Source: a virus
Strand: one strand, 5' to 3'
DNA length: 64,000 bases
Virus record (IMG/VR): IMGVR_UViG_3300024346_000015
Span: 53,615 to 117,614 of that record
Every line of letters starts with the position of its first letter. The stretch's first letter is position 1. Position numbers and translations under genes: made by a program. The notes beneath the pieces are model-generated. The model did no database searches. It was not told where the DNA came from and saw only the letters and a program-made list of their open reading frames with translations. This document shows positions 1 to 9,341 of this stretch, piece after piece.

Positions 1-930
1 ATATACGTTTTGTTTCCCAGCCTCTATTATACCAGAATCTGAGATTTTGTCAAGCAATTTCTTTACACTAAAGTGTTCCGAACCAATTTGTCCTGTCGCA
101 AGGTTAGTATTTCTGTAGGATGCACCGACACCACCCGCCATCATCTGTTTAAATGTGTTCTGTAACTTGGCGGTTCTCATGGTCTGCACTTGGAAGGTAC
201 GGTGTAACGGAGACTTATCTTCGGTCTTCTTTACGTTCGATGGTGAGTACAGATACGGCAACTCACTATTCCAAGGGTCTTGTTCCAACATCTTGTCAAG
301 ACTACCCAACCGGATATTAGTGTCGTGTATAGATGCATACAAGAATAACGGACAACCATTGGTGGTAGTGGCTCTGTCTCTCAACCAATCACATGCTTCG
401 AGTGGATGCAAGTAAGGGATCAGTATCTTCATGTTACTTTGGATAGATGGTTCTAGATAGGACAAGTCTACGTCTTTCCGTAGATCCTGACCACATATCT
501 TAGTGATCTCTTTTTCTAACGTATCCGTGACTGTACGTGATATCTTCTTAGACTTACTAACGACAGCGTGTTCGTCCATGATAGTGAACACATATATACT
601 GGCTTGTCCAGCATCATTACTTTTAATCACTTGATCAATACTAGTCATTATAAACGATCTAGACATTACTGGCAATAAAGTTTTATCTTCAGATGCCATT
701 TCAATGAATAATCTTTCGGTTCCAGAAAATCCTATACCATCAACGAAACCCTGATCATCAGATATAGCAATCTGGCCAGAGATATAAGGTTTCTCTAGAC
801 TCTCAAAGAATACCAATTCTACAATGTTAGAGTTCAAATTGATACGGTTAGAAACGTCCTCACCACCCTGTTGTTCGGAAGTGATAAACGCCTGCGTTAT
901 CTTATATTGTGATTGGTTCTCGTTCTTCAT
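1..930 (-). CDS. Baseplate hub-type protein (gp27-like), truncated by window start
   Basis: Open frame I translated by hand from ATG at 930 (MKNENQSQYKITQAF...FESLEKPYISGQIAISDD...IPYLHPLEACDWL). Overlaps the gp53 stop (ATGA). The position after gp48-gp53 is typical of marine T4-like phages. Not in the ORF track because it runs off the edge. Confidence 0.65.
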   Translation of the reverse strand, partial: MKNENQSQYKITQAFITSEQQGGEDVSNRINLNSNIVELVFFESLEKPYISGQIAISDDQGFVDGIGFSGTERLFIEMASEDKTLLPVMSRSFIMTSIDQVIKSNDAGQASIYVFTIMDEHAVVSKSKKISRTVTDTLEKEITKICGQDLRKDVDLSYLEPSIQSNMKILIPYLHPLEACDWLRDRATTTNGCPLFLYASIHDTNIRLGSLDKMLEQDPWNSELPYLYSPSNVKKTEDKSPLHRTFQVQTMRTAKLQNTFKQMMAGGVGASYRNTNLATGQIGSEHFSVKKLLDKISDSGIIEAGKQNVY

Positions 931-1967
931 CGGTTATTTGTCAACCTATAAAATTCTTTAGTTACACTTTCAACACTAGTGTCTTTCAATACCTTGATCT
1001 GTTTCAAGTCTTCGTTACGTGCGATCATTCGTTCATAGTAGGTCACTTCGGTTAACGATGAAGGTATCTCTTCCACAAATGGATCGATGTCTACGTATTC
1101 TCCAGCTGCATTCTCATAATGATGTACAGCGTTGTATTGTGCATCTTCTCTATGAATACGTGCGAATACTACTAGACCAGTGGTATCGTCACGGAAGTAG
1201 ATCTGTTCTCCCGCCTGAAACCTTGCTTCACCATCATTAAACAATCGCACTCTTGCGGTCAATGTATACTCATAGTTACCGACTTCGAATGGGATGTTTC
1301 TAATATTTACGATAGTATCTATCTGAGATAGTGTCAAGGTATACCCAGTCAAAGAAACGGGATCTGCCGTTGGATTGTCTAAGTCTTTTTTCAACAAGAT
1401 CCACTGATCGGTATTTGCGAAACGTTTCAATGGATCTGTCAATGATATTTCAGCTGCACCGTTAGTGTTAATCGTTACAACAAAGTCTTCGTTGCCTTCT
1501 ATGTACGCATGTTCAGTATCGATGGTCAATTGACCCAAGTCTAGGTTTCGTTTGATGATCGTTCCTACGGTACCCGATATCTGACCCGTTACTGTTCGAC
1601 CAACCTTGAAGTCATAACCACCTTCGGCAGTTGCAATGTCTGCGGTAGTTGTGATGATACGATGCGGGTAGAAACCTTTAGCACGTTCCAACAACTCTTC
1701 GGTCTTCAACGGCCAACCAGACTCACGTAAGTGGTCATTCATCAGATAGAATGTCCAGTAATGAGTGTAGTCACCATACAACTGTAATGCTAACGTATCC
1801 GGTCTATCTCCAGACTTGATAGTATAATCTTCGTAGAATGCCTGTTGCGGTTTGACCTGATCAATGATATCGACATATTGAGTAAGATTCTGGAAAAGAG
1901 AATATGAAGTCTCGTCCCCGAACTTATAATATAACTTCTCAAACCGTTGAAAGTATTTTGTACTCAT
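927..1967 (-). CDS. 53: Baseplate wedge subunit gp53
   Basis: N-terminal YF..F..YY and LysM-like YTIKSGDRPDTLALQLYGD..YWTFYLMN motif; next to gp48. Confidence 0.88.
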   Translation of the reverse strand: MSTKYFQRFEKLYYKFGDETSYSLFQNLTQYVDIIDQVKPQQAFYEDYTIKSGDRPDTLALQLYGDYTHYWTFYLMNDHLRESGWPLKTEELLERAKGFYPHRIITTTADIATAEGGYDFKVGRTVTGQISGTVGTIIKRNLDLGQLTIDTEHAYIEGNEDFVVTINTNGAAEISLTDPLKRFANTDQWILLKKDLDNPTADPVSLTGYTLTLSQIDTIVNIRNIPFEVGNYEYTLTARVRLFNDGEARFQAGEQIYFRDDTTGLVVFARIHREDAQYNAVHHYENAAGEYVDIDPFVEEIPSSLTEVTYYERMIARNEDLKQIKVLKDTSVESVTKEFYRLTNNR

Positions 1968-3013
1968 TAGAATCCAACTCCATCCGCATCCACGTCAAGA
2001 ATATCTTTCTTGGATAGTGTAACGGTTTCGGTAAAGTTAAGGTTCATATCCACTTCGAGGAACTCTCCATCATCGTGGAACGCCATCTGACTCGCATTGT
2101 AAGTGGTATCAACCGAACGTAGGAAACAAGGTTTAACTTTGTGTGCAATAGTCTTACCATCATATTCGAACTCAAGGTTAAACTTGTTAGGGAACTGATA
2201 ACCCAGAGACAACTCTTGTCCACCAATTGTAACAGGAATGTCTTCGGGATACAACTCACTACGGAAAAAGTTAACGATCTTCTTGACCTGTGCAGCCTCT
2301 TCCTTAGATCGTGCAATCATCTTAAAGTTAAACGCAAACTCTCGCATATTAACTTGTTTAAATAACGAGCGTTGGTTTGGATTCGTGGTAACACCTGTCT
2401 GTAATTTGAGACCCGCAGTAACTTCATCACTGAACTTACCGGCAGACGATGCCAGTTTCACTGTTGCGAGTTTTGCGAGACCATCGTTTGCACCACCACC
2501 ACCAGTAAGACCATTCACAAATGACCCTACACCATCTGCCATAGAACCTAATACCGATGCACCACCCGCGACTGCGGCACCTGTTGCACCTACATCAACG
2601 TTCTCGTATGTGACGTTGTCACGGAACTGTAGACCCTGTGGTAGGTACAAAAGTACTTCGGTATCGACAATCTGTCTTGGTCGCATACCCATATCAGTTT
2701 CGTTCTGTAGACCGTTGAATGCACCAACATCTTTAGACAGTTCTTCTAATTGTGCAGTAACTTCCTCCAGTTCACCGTAAGATGCTGTAGTACTCATACC
2801 ACCGCCACCTTCGTTGTCTTTGGCCTCAGACTTAACCTGATCGAGGAGTTCCTGTCTTTTAGTTTTTAGATTCTTCATATCCTGTTGTTTATCGGATAAG
2901 ATATCAGACAAACCTGTATTGAAGTACTGTTCAGCGAACAGAGTGAATCTGATTCTACCTTTATAATCATCTTCGTCATGAAGAGGATATTGATATGTGT
3001 TTTTTGCGCTCAT
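1967..3013 (-). CDS. 48: Baseplate tail-tube cap gp48
   Basis: YPL N-terminus; LYLPQGL..DNVTYE; NPNQRSLFKQVNMREFAFNFKMIARS; LKSVDTTY-like motif (LRSVDTTY). Confidence 0.88.
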   Translation of the reverse strand: MSAKNTYQYPLHDEDDYKGRIRFTLFAEQYFNTGLSDILSDKQQDMKNLKTKRQELLDQVKSEAKDNEGGGGMSTTASYGELEEVTAQLEELSKDVGAFNGLQNETDMGMRPRQIVDTEVLLYLPQGLQFRDNVTYENVDVGATGAAVAGGASVLGSMADGVGSFVNGLTGGGGANDGLAKLATVKLASSAGKFSDEVTAGLKLQTGVTTNPNQRSLFKQVNMREFAFNFKMIARSKEEAAQVKKIVNFFRSELYPEDIPVTIGGQELSLGYQFPNKFNLEFEYDGKTIAHKVKPCFLRSVDTTYNASQMAFHDDGEFLEVDMNLNFTETVTLSKKDILDVDADGVGF

Positions 3014-3022
3014 AACTTTTCC

Positions 3023-3061
3023 GATAAATAGGGTTATTAAAAACTTCTATTTCTATTTATA
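3023..3061. promoter_or_regulatory. Divergent T4-type late promoters: GATAAATA (+, 3023-3030) toward gp4 and TATAAATA (-, 3054-3061) toward gp48
   Basis: Matches to the gp55-dependent late consensus TATAAATA between divergent genes. Confidence 0.7.
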
Positions 3062-3069
3062 AGGATTCT

Positions 3070-3558
3070 ATGGCGTATTCGGGCAAATATAAACCAAAAA
3101 ACCCAGAGAAGTATTTGGGTGACGTGACCAACATAGTGTATCGATCATTATGGGAAAGACACGTAATGCGCCATTGTGACAATGACTCTAACATCAAGGA
3201 GTGGGGATCGGAAGAGATCGTCATACCTTATCTATATGAAGTGGACAGAAAATACCACCGTTACTTCATGGACTTTGTTATTGTGTACAAGAACGGTACG
3301 ACTAAGTTGATCGAAGTGAAACCTTTCAAAGAGACCCAACTACCCAAGATGAAAGGTAGACGTACTAAACGTATGTTAACAGAATCGTTCACCTATGTCA
3401 AGAATCAGAACAAATGGAAAGCTGCATCTGAGTATGCAAAGGATCGGGGGTGGGGATTCGAGATATGGACTGAAAAAGAGTTGACTGCGATGGGTATTAT
3501 GCCTAAATCGACTAAACCATTAAAACCACTAAAACCTTTTAAGAAACGTAAAAAATAA
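3070..3558 (+). CDS. 4: Head completion protein gp4 (TnsA-like nuclease fold)
   Basis: MAYSGKYKPKNPEKY.GD..NIVYRSLWE; RYFMDF; LIEVKP; NQNKW.AA. Confidence 0.92.
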   Translation: MAYSGKYKPKNPEKYLGDVTNIVYRSLWERHVMRHCDNDSNIKEWGSEEIVIPYLYEVDRKYHRYFMDFVIVYKNGTTKLIEVKPFKETQLPKMKGRRTKRMLTESFTYVKNQNKWKAASEYAKDRGWGFEIWTEKELTAMGIMPKSTKPLKPLKPFKKRKK

Positions 3559-3559
3559 G

Positions 3560-3567
3560 TATAAATA
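3560..3567 (+). promoter_or_regulatory. Late promoter TATAAATA, 5 nt before the gp2 ATG
   Basis: Exact consensus. Confidence 0.8.
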
Positions 3568-3572
3568 GACGT

Positions 3573-4178
3573 ATGAGTAATTTATTTAACAGACTAGAAC
3601 TACAGGCATTCCGTGCGGGAGTTACACCTCGTACCAAGGAGAGTCGTGATTGGTTCCGACAGAAAGCATCTAATCTACGATCTATCAACCGTGAAGCGTT
3701 GATGAAAGAAGATCCGTTGAAGAAACGTGATGCGGGTAAAGCAGACAATCGTGAGATGATCGGTAGTATGCAGATGTTTTTCTATGATCCAAAACATAAG
3801 AAGACATTGCCGTACTACGATGCGTTTCCGTTGGTCATCATTGTTGGCCCAGCGGAAGGTGGGTTCTACGGACTCAACTTGCATTACTTACCTCCGATAC
3901 TTCGTGCGAAGTTTCTGGATGCGTTGATGGGTGTACTTGGACAAAAGATGACCCAGAGTGCGAGACAAGCATTAACTTATAATATGTTGAAGAAGGCCGC
4001 CAAGATGCGGTACTACAAACCGTGTTTGAAACACTATCTAACCGCACATGTAAAGAGTCGGTTCGCAGAAGTACAAACACCAGAGTGGGAGATTGCAACA
4101 TTCTTACCGACTGCACAGTTCCGTAAGGCAAACTCACAGAAAGTATTCTACGATTCAAGGCAAAAGATAGATGGCTAA
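3573..4178 (+). CDS. 2: DNA end protector protein gp2
   Basis: MFFYDPKHKKTLPYYDAFPL; GLNLHYLPP.LRA.FL; PCLKHYL; FLPTAQF. Confidence 0.92.
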   Translation: MSNLFNRLELQAFRAGVTPRTKESRDWFRQKASNLRSINREALMKEDPLKKRDAGKADNREMIGSMQMFFYDPKHKKTLPYYDAFPLVIIVGPAEGGFYGLNLHYLPPILRAKFLDALMGVLGQKMTQSARQALTYNMLKKAAKMRYYKPCLKHYLTAHVKSRFAEVQTPEWEIATFLPTAQFRKANSQKVFYDSRQKIDG

Positions 4179-4869
4179 CTCAGTAAACCAAATAGGTAAC
4201 ATTGAACAACTCAAGACTCTGATCGGTAGGAGTGGTGGCATACAACGTCCCAACCTCTACCGTGTACAGTTACCACCTATCGAAGGTTATGATACCAAAG
4301 ATCTAAACTTATTGTGTAAGGCAGTAACCATGCCAGGCAGACAGTTAGGTACGATCGAAAAACAGATGGGTACATTCAAGATGGACGTTGTTAACGCAAT
4401 GACCTTGAGTGAAGTAACTATGGTGTTTCACGTACCGTCTAATCATGTCGTCAAGTCTTACTTCGAAGCATGGCAGTCTGCGATGTGGACACGTGGTGAG
4501 GTAGGTTACTACAAAGACTATTGCAGAGATATCGTTGTCGAGACTATACAGAAAGGTGCGTCCATTCCGTTGTACAACAAACAGATCCCGTTCCTGACTA
4601 AACTGTCACCAACTATCAGAAACAGATTACCTGACATTGGCCCATTCAAGTTCTCTCAAGGAGAGGTTGATCTTGATTTGGGAACAACAGACGAACCAGC
4701 ATACACGTGTCGATTAATCGATGCGATTCCGACTACACTAAGTGACATCCAGTTGGGTGACGATCAAGGCGATGCAATTATGGAACTTACGATATCGTTC
4801 AAGTTCAAAGATTGGTACAGTAAAGCGCACGATGCGAAGCGACTTTTTAGTGGACTAAATATACGTTAG
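4171..4869 (+). CDS. 54: Baseplate tail-tube initiator gp54 (gp19-like fold)
   Basis: GG..RPNLYRVQL; LCKAVTMPGRQL; YFEAWQ; context. Confidence 0.75.
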   Translation: MANSVNQIGNIEQLKTLIGRSGGIQRPNLYRVQLPPIEGYDTKDLNLLCKAVTMPGRQLGTIEKQMGTFKMDVVNAMTLSEVTMVFHVPSNHVVKSYFEAWQSAMWTRGEVGYYKDYCRDIVVETIQKGASIPLYNKQIPFLTKLSPTIRNRLPDIGPFKFSQGEVDLDLGTTDEPAYTCRLIDAIPTTLSDIQLGDDQGDAIMELTISFKFKDWYSKAHDAKRLFSGLNIR

Positions 4870-4913
4870 ACAACCCTGAATTAAACTATTTCTAAATTAT
4901 TAGGAGAAATGAA

Positions 4914-5630
4914 ATGGCATTACCCAAGTTAAACACCGCACCGCTATATGAATTGGCGGTTCCTTCGACCGGACAGAAAGTAAGTTTTCGTCCGTATCTA
5001 GTGAAGGAAGAGAAAGTGTTGATGATGGCGTTTGAATCTGGAGATCAGAAACAAGCGTTGAAAGCAATCGTCTCAACAATTGATGCGTGTGTTCAAGAGA
5101 AGTTGACGGTCAGAGACTTAGCAACATTCGATGTAGAGTATATGTTTACTCAGATTCGTTCTAAGTCTGCCGGTGAAAAGGCGACCGTGATGTTGAAGTG
5201 TAAGGAATGTGGGACACAACACGAGTACAGCGTTGACTTATCAACGATTGGTGTTGACATCCCAGACGATAGTGGTCTGATTGAGCTGACCGACAATATA
5301 ACGATCGAGATGCGTTATCCACCATATAGTTCATTGATGGATAGTAATCTAAATGCTGATCAGATGGAATTAGGATTAGCGATGGTCGTGAGTAGTGTCA
5401 GTGCAATCATTGTTACTAACGGACTAGAAGAAGAACGAATAGATGCGAAAGACGTATCTAAAAAAGAAATATACGATTTCATCGAATCGATGACGAGTGA
5501 ACAGTTTGAGAGAGTTACCCAGTATATCGGAGATCTCCCAGCCATGAAACATAATGCGAAGTTTACTTGTTTGAATTGTGATACCGAAAATGACATGGAA
5601 CTTAAAGGGATATCGGATTTTTTATCCTAA
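4914..5630 (+). CDS. 26: Baseplate hub assembly protein gp26
   Basis: MALPKL..P.YEL.VPSTG.KV.FRPYLVKEEK.L; IRSKSAGE; CxxC pairs; ends ..GISDFLS. Confidence 0.9.
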   Translation: MALPKLNTAPLYELAVPSTGQKVSFRPYLVKEEKVLMMAFESGDQKQALKAIVSTIDACVQEKLTVRDLATFDVEYMFTQIRSKSAGEKATVMLKCKECGTQHEYSVDLSTIGVDIPDDSGLIELTDNITIEMRYPPYSSLMDSNLNADQMELGLAMVVSSVSAIIVTNGLEEERIDAKDVSKKEIYDFIESMTSEQFERVTQYIGDLPAMKHNAKFTCLNCDTENDMELKGISDFLS

Positions 5631-5818
5631 ACCTTTCTCATGATAGTCTTGTAAACCATTATAAGACGAATTTTGCAATGATGCAACATCATCATTATAG
5701 TTTAACAGAACTGGACATGATGATGCCATGGGAGAGGGAGATTTACGTCAGTATGTTATTGGATCACATTAAAGAAGAGAATGAACGTATAGAACAACAA
5801 AATAAACAAAACGGATAG
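5621..5818 (+). CDS. 51: gp51-like small ORF in the -1 frame relative to gp26 (first in-frame ATG only at 5678)
   Basis: Hand translation FILNLSHDSLVNHYKTNFAMMQHHHYSLTELDMMMPWEREIYVSMLLDHIKEENE matches the marine T4-like gp51 pattern (Y.TNF.MMQHH.YSLTEL..MMPWEREIY). Confidence 0.8.
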   Translation, partial: FILNLSHDSLVNHYKTNFAMMQHHHYSLTELDMMMPWEREIYVSMLLDHIKEENERIEQQNKQNG

Positions 5819-5822
5819 AGTA

Positions 5823-8111
5823 ATGGCAAAACAGGCGAACTTACAAGGTGCGATCGACAAGTTAAGAACTTCTAATGAGAAGGTTCTTGGCGAGATGAAT
5901 GATCGTTCAGGTGAAATTGCATTCAACACAAGAACCACCAAGAATCTTATTGGTGATATGTTGGATGGGATGGCTCTCGATCGTCAAAGAGGTCAAGACG
6001 AGGAAGAAACCGTAGCACCAGCCGGTGGGGGTCGTGATAACGGTTCTCCGGAAAGTAAAGACTCTGGTGGTGGACTCGGTATCGCAAGAATGTTGGCAGG
6101 ACTTGCCGGTGCAGCCCTTGGTTTTGTAAGTGGTTTCATTAGTGCGTTTACTAGACCATTGATGAAAGCATTAAAGTCTTTCAAGAAGGCGTTCTCGTCA
6201 AGTACGTTAGGTAAAACCGTAACTCAATTCGGTAAGAACCTATCCAAACAGTTTAAGTTGTTCTTCAAACCTCTGGTCAATACACTCAAGAATATTCGTA
6301 TTGCATTCTCTGAAGGACTCAAAGGCAATGCGAAAGTAGTCCGTGGCGCCATGGGTAGAATGATGAATCCAGTAAAAGGATTCGTTGGTATCTTTGGTCG
6401 TATCGGTAACTTGTTGAGTCCGATAGTCAAGGATATGAAGAGACGTATCAAGGTTGTCCGAAAGTCATTTGGTTTACTCCGAACGGGTGTGAGCAGTGTT
6501 TCTGGATTCTTTGGTCGTATCGGATCAGTCTTCTCTAGAGTAGGTCAAGGTATAAAGGCTGCGGGTTCAGCACTAGGTAGTCTAGGAAACGTCTTCAAAG
6601 GTTTCTTTAAAGTGTTCGCCACCATTGGTCGTGTAGTTGCGTTCCCTATAACCATCATCACTGGATTGGTCGGTGGTTTCATGAACATGTTCAAAGAAGG
6701 TAAGGAGTCTATGGCCAAAGGCGATAGTTTCTTTAAGGTCTTTGTCAATGGTTTCTATGGATTCATCGAAGGTGCGATCAATGCTGTCATAATGGCACCA
6801 TTAGATATGTTGAAAGATGGTATCGGTTGGATTGCTGGTAAACTAGGATTCGAGAACTTCGAGAACATGTTGGCTGGATTCAGTTTCTCAGGACTGTTCA
6901 GTGGATTGATCGATGGTATAAAGAACATGATCTTCGGAATCGCAGACTTCTTTGTACAACTAGTGACAGATCCGATTGGTCTATTCAAGAAGATAGGTGC
7001 AGCGATCGGTAGTTTCATGGGTTCTATCGGAGAGAGTATCTCCGGTATGTTCGGAAACTTGATTGATGGTGTATTCGGATTCTTCACGGGTGATGAAGGT
7101 ATGTTCGCCAAACTAGGTGAAGGTGTCGCTAATATTAAGAACAAGTTTAGAGAGTTTATCCTTGGTATGTTACCGGAGAGAGGATCGTTCCTTGAGAAGT
7201 TTGTTCCTGATTCCGTCTATGAGTGGGCGGGTACTACTGCACCACCGGCAGAAGCGGGAGCGGAACCTGTCGCTGACGCACAAGGAGCAACACCAGAAGT
7301 AGAGATGACCAAGGAAGAACTACAGAAACAATTAGTGGCAGACAAAAAAGATCTTGCAGATGCAACTCAAGCAAGAGATGATGGAACTGGTTCGGATCTT
7401 GAAGTCGAGAAGATGCAGATGTTCGTAGATGCAACAGAGATGCAACTAGCCGGACTCAAAGAGTTGACCACCTCTAACAAAGATATGAATGACGCAAGAC
7501 TTGAGGCAATCAAGACTAACGACACATCTAAGTTAGAAGAAGTGAAGAAGAAAGAACGTAGACCTCGTAAGTCCTATGAAGAACTACAAATGGATAGACT
7601 TGCGAAGATGAAGGATCAACTTGAAAGAGGTGAGGCAACCTTCACGTGGTCACAGGCAGAGTTAGATGGAGCAAATGCAGCAGACCGAGAATGGATGATG
7701 CAAGATAACTCTGAGGAAGGTCAAGCGAATCAGTTGAAAGAACTCAGTAAGAGTATCGCAGCGAAAGAAAAAGAACTTGAAGACTATAAACTAAAACAAG
7801 CACAAAAAGAGATGGATATCGCTAAGTATGGTTCTGCTCAAGGGGCGAGACTTGCGAAGATGTCTGAAGCTGACCGTGAGAAGAATCTTACACGTGCAAG
7901 AGAAATGATTGCGAAATCTGAGAGAGGCGAAGAGGTTCTTGCAGTCAATAAGAGAAGAGCAGAAGCGTTACTCGCTGCAGATGCAAATAGACAATCCTCA
8001 ATGATAGTCGCACCGTCTACCAACGTAGTAAACAACAGCGCACCTACTACCGCAGTTATGAACATGAACATGCCTGCAACCGATGCATTAGACCTTAGTT
8101 ACGGTACATAA
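5823..8111 (+). CDS. Tail tape measure protein (gp29-like)
   Basis: 762 aa; Gly/hydrophobic helical repeats with a charged coiled-coil C-terminus; follows gp26/gp51. Confidence 0.7.
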   Translation: MAKQANLQGAIDKLRTSNEKVLGEMNDRSGEIAFNTRTTKNLIGDMLDGMALDRQRGQDEEETVAPAGGGRDNGSPESKDSGGGLGIARMLAGLAGAALGFVSGFISAFTRPLMKALKSFKKAFSSSTLGKTVTQFGKNLSKQFKLFFKPLVNTLKNIRIAFSEGLKGNAKVVRGAMGRMMNPVKGFVGIFGRIGNLLSPIVKDMKRRIKVVRKSFGLLRTGVSSVSGFFGRIGSVFSRVGQGIKAAGSALGSLGNVFKGFFKVFATIGRVVAFPITIITGLVGGFMNMFKEGKESMAKGDSFFKVFVNGFYGFIEGAINAVIMAPLDMLKDGIGWIAGKLGFENFENMLAGFSFSGLFSGLIDGIKNMIFGIADFFVQLVTDPIGLFKKIGAAIGSFMGSIGESISGMFGNLIDGVFGFFTGDEGMFAKLGEGVANIKNKFREFILGMLPERGSFLEKFVPDSVYEWAGTTAPPAEAGAEPVADAQGATPEVEMTKEELQKQLVADKKDLADATQARDDGTGSDLEVEKMQMFVDATEMQLAGLKELTTSNKDMNDARLEAIKTNDTSKLEEVKKKERRPRKSYEELQMDRLAKMKDQLERGEATFTWSQAELDGANAADREWMMQDNSEEGQANQLKELSKSIAAKEKELEDYKLKQAQKEMDIAKYGSAQGARLAKMSEADREKNLTRAREMIAKSERGEEVLAVNKRRAEALLAADANRQSSMIVAPSTNVVNNSAPTTAVMNMNMPATDALDLSYGT

Positions 8112-8134
8112 AAAAAGGGACTCCGAAGAGTCCC
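8110..8134 (-). terminator. Rho-independent terminator with cUUCGg tetraloop
   Basis: Minus strand GGGACTC-TTCG-GAGTCCC-TTTTTTT downstream of gp32, at the convergence with the tape measure gene. Confidence 0.9.
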
Positions 8135-8170
8135 TATAACCATAACGGTTTATCCTAAGGCAAGGATGCT

Positions 8171-8290
8171 TTAGTCTCGGAAACCTTCACCCTTTACAAA
8201 GTGATGGAATCTGTGTGAGATTACTGCGAACAGCAACCTCACAAGACTTGTCTCTGAATAAGAACCATTCTCAGTATGCAAGTGATACAT
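8171..8290 (-). CDS. 39-aa hypothetical protein
   Basis: MYHLHTENGSYSETSLVRLLFAVISHRFHHFVKGEGFRD fills the gap between the gp32 stop and the terminator. Confidence 0.5.
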   Translation of the reverse strand: MYHLHTENGSYSETSLVRLLFAVISHRFHHFVKGEGFRD

Positions 8291-8292
8291 TC

Positions 8293-9216
8293 TTATTCCT
8301 CTGCCGCCATCTTAGCGAAGTATGACAGAGAATCGTCTTCATCACTTGACGATGATTCAATCGTTGGTTGCGGTGCAGCCACGATAGTTGGTTCTGGACT
8401 AGAAGATACTGGTGCAGCTTCCGCAGATTGCGTCAGTGCCTCATTCTTCATAGTAGAACCCGCACCTACTGAGTGACCTAGTACAAGTTGTAGACGAGAA
8501 TTTAGATCCTCATACGACTTGTAGTTAGCGGGATCGATAAACTCCCGTAGTTCAAACAGTTGGTTGTAGGTCGCCTCAAGTCGTGTCTCATCAGCATCAA
8601 ATAATGCGTTTGGAGATTTGAACTCCGACTTATCATAGTTACGATAACCCGCAACATTACGAATCTTCAACTGAAAGTCAGCACCTTCCCAGAAGTTAAA
8701 TGGATTGACCGGAGTCTCGCCAGGGAACTGTGGTTGCATAACGTCCATGATCTTATCAAAGATCTTCTTACCATAAACGAACAACTTCACTTGACCTTCG
8801 TTCTGAGGGTTAGCTGGATCACTAACAATCAGTACGTTAGAGATGTAGTGCAGTCTACGTTTCTGTTTACGAGCAGTCTCTTTGTCCTCTTCATTACCAG
8901 AGTTCCACAGACGTGAGTTCAACTCACCGACTGGATCCTTCTGACCGATTGAAGTAAGAGACTTCTCGATATACCATTGACCAGTTGGGCCTTTAAAACC
9001 GTGATCCCAGTAACGTTCCCAAGGAAGTTCCTGACCTTCAGTTTCAGGTAAGAATCGAATTACAGCATATCCGTTACCAGCGTCATCGACAGTTGGTTTC
9101 CAGATACGGTCATCTTCGTATTTGTTTTTAGTTTTCTGACCACCAGCAACTTCTTGGGCGGCAGATACGAGTTTAGAGATGTCGGTGCGACCCGACTTTA
9201 GATTAGCAAAAGACAT
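8293..9216 (-). CDS. 32: ssDNA-binding protein gp32
   Basis: DDRIWKP..D.AGNGYAVIRFLP; HGFKGPTGQWYIE.SL; YGKKIFDKI; YRNYDKSEF; acidic tail ..SYF.KMA. Confidence 0.97.
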   Translation of the reverse strand: MSFANLKSGRTDISKLVSAAQEVAGGQKTKNKYEDDRIWKPTVDDAGNGYAVIRFLPETEGQELPWERYWDHGFKGPTGQWYIEKSLTSIGQKDPVGELNSRLWNSGNEEDKETARKQKRRLHYISNVLIVSDPANPQNEGQVKLFVYGKKIFDKIMDVMQPQFPGETPVNPFNFWEGADFQLKIRNVAGYRNYDKSEFKSPNALFDADETRLEATYNQLFELREFIDPANYKSYEDLNSRLQLVLGHSVGAGSTMKNEALTQSAEAAPVSSSPEPTIVAAPQPTIESSSSDEDDSLSYFAKMAAEE

Positions 9217-9284
9217 ATTGTTTTCCTTTATATTAACAATGTATTAGACAGTTTATCCACTAGTTGATCATATTATAAGACAGT

Positions 9285-9326
9285 ATTATACCACATATAG
9301 TATTCATATGGCAACTATTATTTATA
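9285..9326 (-). promoter_or_regulatory. Tandem gp32 promoters: sigma70-like TTGCCA-N18-TATAAT and late TATAAATA (9319-9326)
   Basis: Consensus matches upstream of an AT-rich leader. Confidence 0.7.
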
Positions 9327-9341
9327 CAGATCGGAAATTAA

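Noticed and set aside
155-415. Plus-strand 86-aa ORF
   Set aside because: Shadow of the minus-strand hub gene (1-930), which the track missed because it is truncated.
2238-2780. 180-aa plus-strand ORF
   Set aside because: Antisense to gp48; Ser/Pro/Ala-rich mirror of a Gly/Ala-rich region; no motif or promoter.
9217-9284. AT-rich gp32 leader as a possible autoregulatory pseudoknot as in T4
   Set aside because: I could not identify a convincing stem by eye; it needs folding software.
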